The translations under genes and the position numbers were made by a program. This document shows positions 41,885-54,862 of a stretch of DNA of 64,000 nt, in pieces. Where the stretch lies: contig CT868130.1 in assembly GCA_000165425.1 (NCBI GenBank), positions 310,001 through 374,000 of the forward strand, given 5' to 3'. Origin of the DNA: Paramecium tetraurelia (Eukaryota). The first letter of the stretch is position 1; each line of letters opens with the position of its first letter. Below the pieces are notes generated by a model. The model worked only from the letters and a program-made list of their open reading frames with translations, had not been told where the DNA came from and did not search any database.

Positions 41885-43075
41885 TCAGTATTTTTTCGAA
41901 ATAACAATTATTCTTTTTCCATCAGGATAATTATGTACTTAAGTGTCAGTTTGACTTTAAGTTTTAACTCTTTTCATTCCTAAATAATTCATTTTGAGAC
42001 ATCTTTTTATGTGAGCGATAATTACCTCTCTATATTCGTACCCTTGAAGTATAAATGTTATAGAGCCAAATGAGCAGATATCCTTTTGGTAGGATCAAGA
42101 ATTAACATCTAGTCTATGAGATTTACTAAGAGGGGAGACATTTTCCTTTCAAGCATTTTATGTAAAATCTTGGGAAAACTCTCATTGTTAATCAATTTAG
42201 GATAATTTTTTAATGTAGTGACTCCTTTCCAAGTTTCTATGAAAATTGACTATTTATCAATTACCTTCAGTAGGAGTTCCACATAATTTTAAAATTTATT
42301 GAAAACTATTGGTTTCAGACGATCCCTTGAAAGGATTGCCTCTAAATAGAAGTTCGATAAATAAAACTCCAGCTGACCAAACATCAACCTTAGAGCAATA
42401 TTTTTAACCTAATATTAATCATTTAATAAACCAAGGAACACTTCCGGAGCCCTGTATTGATGATTTTATATTCTGGTGGTTTGAGGCTTGAATTTTTTTA
42501 AATTTTGAGCCATTCCCAAATCACAAATTTTAATAGTTAAATTTTTGTGTAAAATATTGTTAGCTAAAGTAGGTTTCAACAGTTTTACGTTTAAGATCTC
42601 TGTGTATTATACCTATATCATGTAAATAAGCTAAGCCTTTCAACACTTAAAACATAATCTACTTGGCTTAGACCTCAGTGAAGATGTCTCTTTTCATAGC
42701 TGTAAGCAGATCTTCCTCCATATATTCCATTATTATATATGTGTTTCTTTTTTGATAAGCTAATTCTTTAAATAACACTATTTAATCACAATGAAGAGAT
42801 CGGAGTATTTCAATCTCTCTTAATGCCTAAGCATTTATCTTATATAGAATAATATATCAAACCCCTTCATCACTTATACAATGACTTAATTCTTTGATGG
42901 CAACTGTCTCTCTGGTGTGCATATTCACACCTTGATATACAGTTCTAAGATTGAAATGATCAACTTACCCATAATCACCGTATCCAATATTCTTTTGAAT
43001 AATAAACCTTGATTTTAGTTCAATGGTTTACATAGATGAGGAAGATATTCGTTAAAAAGTGAAATCCTAAATCAT
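41885..43075 (-). CDS. Divergent cyclin-dependent kinase-like protein
   Basis: IGYGDYGTVY, VAIKE, DEGINAQALREIEIL (PSTAIRE position), HRDLKPNNIL, ICDLG, YRAPE, DVWSAG and LDVNS..RISA..ALQHLYF. Confidence 0.9.
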
Positions 43076-43449
43076 AGAGAAAAAGGAATATATTAATTTA
43101 TATTTATAAAATCTCTTATGCTTAATCCATCAATTTTTTCGAATACCTATAAGCAGATAAGGAGAAGTAAGGTGAACCACTAAAAACATAGATAAACTTT
43201 TGGTTCTATCAAAAAAACCTAGTATAATTTATGCCATATTTCACTTCTTAAATAATTCATCTCCACTTCAACAAATTCATATAATGGATGCAAACTAGAA
43301 TCATTTATAATCGGCTTATTTTCTTTAAATACTTAAAGGTGCCATCAGGATTTAATATATATTAAGAAAACTTATAATAGATTGTCTCCTTTAAGTATTC
43401 ATAAATAAAGTTAATTTATTACAACAATAAATCATTATGTAATTCACTC

Positions 43450-44247
43450 TCATAATATCATCATTAATAATGTTATTACTAAGATTTTAATAATATAGAC
43501 ATCGCATTCTTAACAACTTCCACTATCCAGCCTCTTGTCACTCCATGTGGCAGCATTACCTGTATTTAAACTGCATGTAAGAGGAGATAATTCAGATAAA
43601 TTAGCATCCCTACATTTGCCTTGACCTTCTGAGTAGTCAACCAAACAGGGTTAGAAAAAGAATTGATAATTTTGTACCCCAATAACAAAAGAGCAATCGG
43701 TAATAGGTTTTTGATAGCATGAAGCAGGAATACACTATTAATTTTCAATTACCCAAATACAAATATAATAATACTATAAGCACTCTTTTTAGGATTTTAA
43801 TACAGTACAATCAAATTCTTAGCATTATTAATTCTTCCAACTGCATTCTTAATATTGACTTCTATATTAGCACTCCTATTATGTTGTATACATATTGCAA
43901 TTTTTAATACTTAAAGCTTAGCATTGCTTTAATTCAGAATTATAGATTCCACAATACATTGATTGATCAGTACACTCAGTTTGAGATGCAGCGGTCAACA
44001 TACTACAATCTGTTAATTCTTAGCATTTTTAATCTATAGAATTGTAAAAGCAGTATTTTAATCGATAACATTCTTAAACACTAATAATTTCTTCGCACCT
44101 TTTAAATTGACAACTATTTGACTTCCACTTGCACATTTGGTTAAGCATACATGAAAATTAGTTTGTTATTTCATTGCAATCACACAACCTTGTCATCAAA
44201 GCATTTGTAATAAATAAAAATGCAATAAGAAGTATATATTAATTCAT
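43450..44247 (-). CDS. Cys-rich GPI-type mini surface antigen-like protein (dispersed, divergent)
   Basis: Intronless 265 aa with a signal peptide, CDCNE.., repeated C-x-W motifs, and a hydrophobic tail IIKILVITLLMMIL. Same architecture as the array at 51-60 kb. Confidence 0.8.
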
Positions 44248-44302
44248 TAATATTGCTAATTTCTTGTCTATTTTTATAAATATAACATTATTTTATGTAT
44301 TA

Positions 44303-44726
44303 TCACTCCATACTAGCCTTCTTGCGCTCATAAATGTTAAGAATTGAGATTTTCTCTCCTCCCTTTTATCTACCTATTTTGACACCTCTCATCATAATTC
44401 TCATTTTTCTACCATCTACTAGTTTCCTATTGAATTCAAGTTTTTTCCATTATGTCATAAATGGAAACCATTGTCTTTTAGCTAATTATATATCATTACG
44501 CTGGATTCCATACAGGGACACTGTATTATCTAGCTCTATTTTAGCCTGAATCTAATCTCTTTATTGCCTTCATTCCATTTCTTAAATTACCACCAAAGGA
44601 TATTCCGAATATACGAGCTGCCACCAGATCTAATTTTTATGATGGATTCAAATTGTCCATTTTATATGAAGATCTAACTGATGGTGAAATACCAAGTCGA
44701 TAATTAGGTAACTTAATATGAGGCAT
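44303..44726 (-). CDS. Mitochondrial small-subunit ribosomal protein mS33 (Rsm27)-like
   Basis: KLDLVAARIFG..LRNGMKAIK..G..RA.QY and a basic tail MRGVKIGRQKGG; one 25-nt intron. Confidence 0.7.
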
Positions 44727-44794
44727 AAATATAATCTAATTATTAAAAAATTATGAAAGAAAAACAAGAATTAAATTAGTATCTTCTTTTGTAT

Positions 44795-46015
44795 TCAGGA
44801 AGTTTAGTATGAAGAAGTCCATTTTACTCTTTTGCCATTAATCCATTCACCTTCTCTGTACAATCCACTTTTAGAATAGAAAGTTCCTTGTCCATGTTCT
44901 TTGCCATCAACCCAATTGCCCTTATACATTGATCCATCAGTATATGTGAAATCCCCAAATCCATGCTTTTTATCTTTCACATACTAATCATTATAATATC
45001 ATTTACATATCCATCATAACATCTACCATCAGGCCAAGTAAATGTACCATAACCATCCATTTAATTATCTTTCCATTACCCATCATATTTACGACCATCT
45101 GAAAAATGAAACACTCCTTTTCCATTAAATTTATTGTTAACAATTGAACCTTTATACCTTTGTTTTAGCTGAACTAATACTTGGATCCATCTGAAAAAAC
45201 AAACTCGCCAATTCCGGTTTTATTTCCATCGACAAATTTTCCTGAAAAATTAGTCCCATCTGAGAACTTTTCGGTTCCTTCGCCCTACTATTTATCATTC
45301 ACCCAATAGCCTTCGTATGAATATCCTTAGGATGTCACCTATTTTCCAAATCCATTAGCTTTATTCTCCTTGAATTCTCCTTCATAGTAATCTCCATTAA
45401 CAAATATCAACCTCCCATAACCATCCATTTTGTCATTTTTCCAAAATCCTTCGTATACACTTTTATCTTAAAAAATTGCTCTGCCCTTTCCATGCCTTTT
45501 ACCCAATTTCCATTAACCTAAATATATTGTTCCATCAGTAAGTAAATACGGATCTAAAAAAGCTGCATTCAATTCTTCTTCTTCATAATTTTAACTTTCC
45601 TTCTTTAGATATTCCTTATAATTAAAGTTCCCAATTCGAAATATCAAGGAGTTGATTGATGCAGGATATTCACTTTATTTTCTATCTATTTTGACTCCAT
45701 CAGGAGGAGAATGATCTAAAACGACAGGCACTTCTTCAATCTATTCCATCTATGCAACTTCATCTTACGGTTACTAATGAACAATTGTAATTTCTATAGG
45801 CTCCTAATGACTTCTCTAGCTGTCGTTTGTAATAGATACTGGAACTGTATTTCTTCTCTTCCGATGCTTGAACTCTATTTATTGTTTAAACCAATTATAC
45901 ATCTGTAAGCTCTTTGTATCAAAATAGCTTTTTAAGTATAGACACTCAGGATAGACAGTTCAAATTTTGGCATCACAATTTACAATTAACTCTACGTACC
46001 ACAACATGTTCCCAT
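44795..46015 (-). CDS. MORN-repeat protein with N-terminal acylation signal and IQ-like motif
   Basis: MGTCC start, AILIQRAYR, and many Y-x-G-x-W/F-x-x-D/G-K-x-x-G-x-G repeats. Confidence 0.92.
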
Positions 46016-46418
46016 TATTTAATTAAATTATGTAAATAATTCATCAAAAAAATAACTTTTCTTTCTCAACTCTATCCTCCAAAAATGTGCAATATCAACT
46101 AAATTCTGATAACTTAATCTCTACATGCAATTACCTGACAAAAATACTCTCTTAATTAGTTTAAGAAAATTCTCTCGTATTTATTATGAACGTAAAAAAT
46201 CTATAGATATAAATACCTGAAACAATACCCTCCTAATAATTATCCTTTAAATAGTGTGAATTAATTATTTTTTTGAGAAATCAATTCAAAAGTCATAAAT
46301 AACTGAATCTATATATATTTGAGTAATGAATAAATGTTAATTTTTGTCTAATTTTTTTGCTCAGAATTTTCAATTTAATAAATGTTTAATAGCTTATTAT
46401 TAAAATAATTGTATTAAT

Positions 46419-47411
46419 ATGGAAAAAAGTTTATTTATTGCAGGGTTCTTATCACTACTAAGTGCTGGGGTATATTTTTCGAAATTTTATGAACAAAATG
46501 ATCACGATTAATTTAAAATTATTAAGCAATATTAAGAATGGCAACAAAAGTATAACAAAAGATATCCAACCCAGAATGAACAGATATATAGATTTTCAAT
46601 ATACTAATAAAACATAATGAAGATTGAAGATTTTAATTCATAAAACAATAGCTATAAGTAAAAAATTAATAAGTTTGGGGATTTAACAGATTAGGAGTTC
46701 TTGACAATATATTTAAATTTATAAATGCCAGCAAGAGTTAAAAACATTTAAAAAAATGAGGAACCTTTTTTAGTGTAAGAAGAAGTAGATTGGGTACAGA
46801 AAGGAAAGGTTCCAGCAATTAAGGATTAAGGTGATTGTGGATCATGTTGGGCATTTTCAGCTGTAGGAGCCTTAGAAATCAATACAAAGATCTAATTCAA
46901 TGAAATAGTTGATTTATCAGAACAAGATTTAGTAGATTGTGCTGGTCCTTATGGTAATGCTGGATGTGATGGTGGATGGATGGAATCTGCTTTGGATTAT
47001 ATAATCGATTCAGGAATAGCTGAAACAAAAGTTTATCCTTATAAAGGAGAAGATGGCATTTGCAAGTCAGTTGAAAGAAATTTCAGAAGAGTGATTGGAT
47101 ATGTAGATTTGGATGGATGTCAAGATATTTCAAATGCTCTCATATAATAATCAGTTTCTGTAGGAGTGGATGCAACAAATTGGAGATTTTATTGTATAAA
47201 TATTATCAGATTTATTATAGCAAGTGGAGTATTTTCTGATTGTAAAAAATATTTAAACCATGGAGTAGTATTAGTAGGAATTAATAAGAATGGAGTTTGG
47301 AAGGTCAGAAATTCTTGGGGATAGGATTGGGGAGAACAAGGCTATATAAATCTTGCTTCTGGAGATACATGTGGCGTTTGCCTAACAGGATCATATGCAA
47401 TTTTAAAATGA
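46419..47411 (+). CDS. Cathepsin L-like papain-family cysteine protease
   Basis: I29 prodomain (INKFGDLT), VDW, QGDCGSCWAFS, LSEQDLVDC, GCDGGW, LNHGV and VRNSWG; intron 47194-47220. Confidence 0.96.
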
Positions 47412-47457
47412 AAAACTGTATAATGATAATTGTATTTTTAACATGTGTTTCTCATAT

Positions 47458-49541
47458 TCATTCGCTTCCTTAATACATAGCCTCAATTTATTTAAGAAAA
47501 TGTTCCCTTGCCTTGTGTCTCATCAACTTAAGTGTATTACTAGTTAAACCATGAGCAATAAAGGAAGTTGGTTCTATGTAGATTTTCTTGACATTTTCCA
47601 TACCATTCAATTTCTCAGCTTTACCCTAAAGTATTAGATGTAATGAATACTTTTTTAACCATTTCATCAAAAAAGTGTTTATTTACTTTATCATTTGCAC
47701 ACAACTCTTCAAATGAACCTTAGATTCCTAATGTGTTTGCTAAGTCTAAGACAAATGGTTTTTCAGGAACAATAATAGCTACACAAAAGCTTTTGGTTGA
47801 ATCTCCATAGACAAATACTTCAGCAATTCCTTTAACCTTCAGATAGACTCCTTCCACTTTTTCTGGAGCAATGTATTCACCTTGACTTAACTTAAAAATG
47901 TTTTTAACTCTATCAATAATCTTTAAAGATCCATCAGGTCTGATCAATCCAATGTCTCCAGAATGCATCCAGCCATCAGCATCAATCATTTCCTTTGTTT
48001 TTTCAGGTTCTTTGTAATATCCAGCAAACAATCCATTTCCTCTAATGCCTAAAAATAATGAATGATTAAGTACAGATTTCTCCTCTAGGAGTGGGTCTTC
48101 CTTGTTCATCTTTATCAGTGCTAAAATAGTTCATTTATGGAACATCAACAACTTTAAATTCGATGTTTGAGAAGACACCTCCAACATGTCCACTAATAGG
48201 GTCATCAGCTCTACTAATGAAAGAACCACCACATCCTTCAGTCTGACCATATCCTTCAAGGAATGGAGCACACACAACACATTTCAAGAAATCTACTACT
48301 TCAGGTGACATTGGTGCTGATCCAGATAACATTAATCTGACTCTACCACCAAATGCTTCTTTTGTTGCTTTGAATACTAAGTTGTCCCAAACTTTGTGTT
48401 AAACATGTCCTCCATTTTACAAATAATACATCTTGCTGGCTAACCCCTTTTCAAATAAAGTTTTTTTATATCCTTCTACCTTTTCTGCCTTTTCTTTAAT
48501 TGCATTGTACAATCTTCTATACAATCTAGGAACGCTCACAAAAATAGTTGGCTTTACCAATTAAATATCAACAGAGATTTTTAATACATCTCCGCCATAC
48601 ATACAGATTGTGCAGCCAAATCCAAGTAATGCTGTTACTACAACTCTCTCTAACACATGAGGCAATGGTAGATAACTCAAATAGACATCAGTTGGATATA
48701 GTTAAATTCCCTAATAAACAACTCCTCCTGCTACTGTGACAAAATTTAAATGTCTTAACATAACACCTTTTGGCATTCCAGTAGTTCCTGATGTATAACT
48801 GAATGTGAATATGTCATTTCCATGTACTTCGGCAAGTGGATGAATTTTCTCCTTTCCAGCATTCAATACTTCTTCATAATTAAATACTTTTATTCCTTTA
48901 TCGCTAAACTAATCGAATATTAATTAGAATTACCTGTTAAACCTTATCTTAAGGTAATTCATCAAATGTGACGACAAACTTTAGAGCATGACACTCTTTT
49001 ACTTTTAAAAGAGTTTCCACACTAGTACTTGAAATGAATAAGGTGCTTAGCTAAGTTTGCTCTAGAATGTAAGGAATACTTTCCAATCCTAATGTATCAT
49101 ATAAGGGAATCATTGTGTTTCCATACAATGTATTCGCTATATCAAGAAGTAGCCATTCTTCTCTGTTTTTCGAGAATATTCCTATCATTCTCAATTCCTA
49201 TCCCTCATACATCACTGGATTTGGAATCAAATTCAAATTCTTTATACCTGACCCAAGCTATCTAGATTCTATTTAAGATTTTACTCTGCAACATTTCTGA
49301 CTTCAAGATAGGTTTTGTAAACATAATGTCTACTATTCTCTCCCGTGACTACCTACTTGCCCAAGCATCTATTGTTTGGATATTTCTGGCAAGATCTTAA
49401 GAAAATTCCTTAAACTGTAGTTTCTCCTTCAAAGTTATCTAGAAGCTTATGAGTATTATTTGGATTTCTATAGACATGACTTTCTCCATCTTTCTTCTCT
49501 CCCACTGGAACTGCGTAAAATTTGGATGATCCCTATCCCAT
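47458..49541 (-). CDS. Long-chain fatty acyl-CoA synthetase (AMP-binding)
   Basis: [62 protein letters not shown] and TSNTLKLMR. Confidence 0.96.
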
Positions 49542-51220
49542 TTTTAAGATATTTAAATAATTTCTGTATAATTTAATTCACGTACAAACTAAATATTTAT
49601 TTTTATATATTAAAAGTGAATAGTATATCATTCCACTTAAATATTATCTCTCCTTTTGAGTTAATATTAATTTATAAATTATAATTAAATCTAATTATTC
49701 AGGGAATACACAGCTTTTAAGGTAATAAATCATTGATGAAACACTATTCATTGATATTCTAGTTTAGATAACATGAAAAAATCTATGAATAACATCCAAC
49801 AATTTAAGTAGTTAATATATGATAACCTTGGAGGGTTCTTATGTATTCTTAATGTAATAAGAAATTATTTACAATTTAATTTCAACGAGATTGGGATTAT
49901 TCTATAATAAATAAATGCATCTGATTATGATAAGTTATGAATAACCTTTGAATATACAAATGATTCATCTATTTAATTATAAAGTTGGAAGATGTTCTGG
50001 AATTTTATTTTACTATATATATAAAAATTTAATAAATCAAATAATTATATATATATGAATTATAACAGTAGGAGTGAATACTACCTTGTATCTAGGAGAT
50101 TTAGTTGTAAGAACTTTATAGCATAATTTAAAAAAAATAACATTAATTTTAAAGTATACTTAGTGATTGCAATTAAATTTTTATTACAGTTTTACTAGCA
50201 GATATTTACGTCAATAAATCAAAAAAAGGATTACACTACTTTTTTATTTATAATTAGAATTGGAAAAATTGGATTATATCATAAATTTTAAAATGTTATA
50301 TTAATCTTCTAAATGGACAAGGATTCCATTTTCTACCTCGCGAAATTCAACTAATAATTTATATATCTGTATAAATAAAGAGTGTAAATATATTAAGAAA
50401 AATTTCTTTATATCGATAATTGTTTTGTCCTTTATAAATGGTAATAATAATTAATATTATATTCTTTTTAATTCAAATATAATTGTTTATATTATTAATT
50501 AGTAACATTCTTCTACTTTATTTATAACATAAAAACTTATTGTAAAATTTGTGTTGTTTTATAACTATAAATTTCTTTTAGGAATCTGAATCTCTAATCA
50601 TAAATGAGGAAATATAGATCTAGATAGAAAAAGAGGTTAACTTCAAATATATTATATAATTTTATCATGAATTGATTTAGAAGTTCCATTTTGAAAATTA
50701 ATGAAAACAATTTCTTTTCCTTTTGTACTTACTCTATGCAAAATCAATTTTATGTTGATTTGCTGAATCTATAACTGCAAAAGCTAATAATTAACTTAAA
50801 ATATGAAAAATTGGGTCATACCAAATACAAATGCGCAATGAGTATTTGCTATTAAAGCTCCTTGCTTTTAAATATTCTTTCCCTGTTTTTAAAGTTAGAG
50901 AAGTATGTAGTAAGCATTCTATATAATTCAATATATATCAAACATTTATAGAATAACTCCATGTAAACTTTATAGTCTCTTCTATAATGAATGTACAAGA
51001 CACAATGGAATTTATCATCTGTAAAACACTAGATGTTCTGTATCTTAGAATTAGCAATAAAAAATGAATACAAAAAAGACAATTGCTCTAGGATACCTAA
51101 GAATTATAAAAATGCAATGAGATAAGGAATTGGTATTAAGGATGTTATTATTTATAAATTTCATACTATCACTAACGGCTTTCGTATTTTTTGCAAAGTT
51201 TTCTTCAATAGCTTCGAAAA

Positions 51221-51393
51221 ATAATAAAAAAAAAATCATTTTTTGAAAATTAAACTTGCATTTGAATGAAAATTAAAAAAGAATTGATAAAATGATTTTA
51301 ATTTTTTTATTTTGTAAAAGTGATTTACCTGTAGCTCTTTATAACCCAAGTTTATTGAAATTTTAGATATAATACTAAATTTAAAATATTAAG
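51221..51393 (+). promoter_or_regulatory. Conserved ~170-bp proximal upstream block (putative promoter); also at ~53876-54052, ~56627-56802 and ~59491-59668
   Basis: aaaaaaatcattttttga..ttgcatttgaat..gataaaatgatttta..aaagtgatttacctgtagc..gatataatactaaatttaaaa is nearly invariant in all four units, while the distal spacers are much more diverged. Confidence 0.7.
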
Positions 51394-52200
51394 ATGAAGA
51401 CATAATTATTGCTGATAGCTATGATATCTCTTTCAGTCAATGCCTTGACTGCCACAACTTAATGTGATTGCACAGAACTTGTTTAATCTGCTGATTGTAA
51501 GGGTGGATGTACTTGGTCATCAGCTGATTCTTCATGTTCAACAAAGACACTTGATTGCACTTCATTTACATAAGATACATGTGATAATTATAAAGGATGT
51601 GCATGGAGCGAATCAACTTCAAAGTGTGCTGCTTTCACAGCTTGCGCAGATTACACAGTCGCAGTCGCTAGAGCTTGCTATGCCAAAGATGATACCTGTG
51701 TTCCAGGAACAACTGGTACAGATGGAAAAACTCCATGCAAAACAGGAACAATCACATGTTCAACCTTTACAAGTGCCTCAGATTGTAACGGTATGTCACC
51801 AAGTGATAATGCTGTTTGCTGGTTCAAATCTGGTACTTGCTCATAAGTTGATGTTTCAAAATGCTCAGTAATCACAGATTAAGATATATGCCAAGTTGCT
51901 TGTAAGTGGACTACAGCTGGTGCTTGTGCTGCATACACATGCGCTGATATGACCACTGCTGACTCTTGTGTCGCAGTAATGATGGATGATGGCTCAGGTA
52001 TAAATATTTGTTCTTGGGATTCTGCTACCAGTAAATGTAGTGATGCTGCTGATGTAAGTGCATTGACATCATCAAATTGCTTTGCTAAAACAGTAGGATA
52101 TTATTATTGGGATGGAAGTGCTTGCTCAGAATGCTCAGGGTCAAGTAGCAACGGATATATTTTGGCATTTATTGGATTCATCGCTATGCTTATGTTCTGA
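51394..52200 (+). CDS. Cys-rich GPI-type mini surface antigen, copy A (268 aa)
   Basis: Intronless. Signal MKTQLLLIAMISLSVNA; periodic Cys with C-x-W motifs; T/S/A-rich; C-terminus SGSSSNGYILAFIGFIAMLMF. Confidence 0.92.
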
Positions 52201-54052
52201 TTGAGTATTAAATATAAAATTATCAATCAATTATTATTTCATTATTTTAATTCAATATTACACATAAACATATTATATGTACTTTCGTATATTAAAATTA
52301 ACACCATAGTAAAGTTTAAGATTTGATTTTAAAAAACATTTCGCTCCTCTCTATTGTAACCAGGAGAACAAATGGTGAAAGTAAGTATAATAATGAAATG
52401 TTAGTTCAGAACTGAATTAGAGCAAAATATGCTTGAAGATGTATTATTTTATTTTCAATATATTTAATTGCAGATTAAGTTTACCAAATAACTGATAAGA
52501 AATCTATTTTATAGTTAGTTAAAAGATAATTAATTAAGTTTTAATTAAATAAAGGAAAATAGGAGGGATTATATAATTTTAGAAAAGTGTATATATTTTC
52601 AATTTGATTAATAAAATAGTTATTAAGATATATAGTAAAGTAGGACATAATAATTCCTTCTAATTCTTTAATTAGAATTTTCTAAATATATATCATAAAT
52701 CAAAATTAAATTAAATTTATACCAAGTGATTGCAAAATAATCATATTATACCAAAATCAACGGCATAACTTTAATGAATAACGTTAAAAGGTAGTAATTG
52801 GAATAATTAATTAGTCGTTCTATTTGATGATTATTATAAAATTGAAGTTTGAAGTTTGACTTAGAATCATTACAAATTGTATAATTTTTCCTCTTTACTT
52901 AATTAGAAAATGTAATCGATAATTAGAAGCTGAACTTGAAATAAATTATCTATTAAAAATAAACCCACATTTTTGCCCTCATCATGCAATTCACCCTTCA
53001 AATCCAAATTCTAAAATACACTTAACCCATTCAAAATTAAAAGCTATACTTTATCTACTGTCTTTGAATCAAACTTTTAGCTTAATAATCTTTATTAGAA
53101 ATTTTAATGTCAATTAATAGATGACACATGCAATATAAAATTTTTTATAGTATAATTATTTATAAGCAAAGTTGATATCGTCTTCCTTCAATTAATAGTT
53201 CTAATATTTTCTAATCAATTGATTTATAATCTCCACATGAAAAAAATAGAAGTCGTTTTTTAATTCAACTTTTAATATCTGAAAATTAAAATTATCAGTA
53301 TATTCTTTGAAATATAAATTATATATACTAAACAATTATCATTCTTTTCAATCGAAGTCAAGTTCTTTTGGTATTTACTCTATGCAAATTCAATTTTTAT
53401 GTGATTTGCTTGATCTTAAACTGCAAAAAGCTAATTATTTAGTTAAAATATGAAAAATATTAAAAAGTTTGTTCATACCAAATAAAATGGCTTAAAGAGT
53501 CCTTTTATTAGATCTCTTTGCTTTCACACTCTTTTTTTTCAGTTTAAAAGGTTAGAGAAGTACGTAGTATACATTCTATATAATTCAATATATATCAATA
53601 TATTTATAGAATAACTCCATGGAAACTTTATAGTCTCTTCTATAATGAATGTAAAAGACAACATGGTAATCATCCTCTGCTTGTGACGAATTGTTCTGTA
53701 TTTTAGAATTAGCAATAAAAATGAATACAAAAAAACAATTGTTATAGAATACTCTAGAATTACAAAAATGCAATAAAATGAGGAATTGGTAATAAGGATT
53801 TTAATATTTATAAATTTCATCCCTGCACTAAAGACTTTTTAGTATTTTTTGCACAGTTTGCTTCAAGAGCTTTGAAAAATAATAAAAAAAAAAAAATCAT
53901 TTTTTGACAATTTAATTTGCATTTGAATGAAAATTTAAAAAGAACTGATAAAATGATTTTAATTTTTTTATTTTGTAAAAGTGATTTACCTGTAGCACTT
54001 TATAACCAAATTTATTGAAATTTAAGATATAATACTAAATTTAAAAATTAAA

Positions 54053-54862
54053 ATGAAGACATAATTATTGCTCATAGCCATGATTTCTCTTTCAGTCAAT
54101 GCCTTGACAGCTACAAATGAATGTGATTGCACAGAAATTGTTTAATCTGCTGATTGTAAGGGTGGATGTACTTGGTCATCAGCTGATTCTTCATGTTCAG
54201 CCAAAACAGTTGATTGCACTACATACACAACATAACCAACATGTGATGCAGTAAATACATGCGCATGGAACGACACAACTTCAAAATGTGCCACTTTCAC
54301 AGCTTGTGCAGATTACACCGTAACAGCCGCTGACTAATGCTATGACAAAGACTCAACCTGTGTTCCAGGAACAACTGGTACAGATGGAAAAACACCATGC
54401 AAGACAGGATCAGTCACATGCTCAAGCTTTTCAAATGCAGCAGATTGTAATTTTAAGTCACCAAGCAGTAATGCTGTTTGCTGGTTCAAAGCTAATACTT
54501 GCTCATAAATTGATGTTTCAAAATGCTCAACAATTACAGATTAAGATGTCTGCACAATTTTATGTAAATGGACTTCAGCTGGTGCTTGTGCTGCATATAC
54601 ATGCGCTGATATGACCACTGCTGAAGCTTGTGACACAGTCTTAACAGACGATTTCTCAGGTGTTAATATTTGTTCTTGGGATTCTGCTACCAGTAAATGT
54701 AGTGATGCTGCTGATGTAAGTGCCTTGACTTCAGCAAATTGCTTTGATAAAACAGCCGGTTATTATTATTGGGATGGAAGTGCCTGCTCAGAATGCTCAG
54801 GATCAAGCAGCAACGGATATATTTTGGCATTCATTGGATTCATCGCTATGCTTATGTTCTGA
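54053..54862 (+). CDS. Cys-rich GPI-type mini surface antigen, copy B (269 aa)
   Basis: Intact paralog of copy A with the same signal peptide and GPI-like tail. Confidence 0.92.

Noticed and set aside
43090..43420. Possible small minus-strand gene between the CDK and the mini-antigen-like gene
   Set aside because: I could not build a consistent ATG-to-TGA model.
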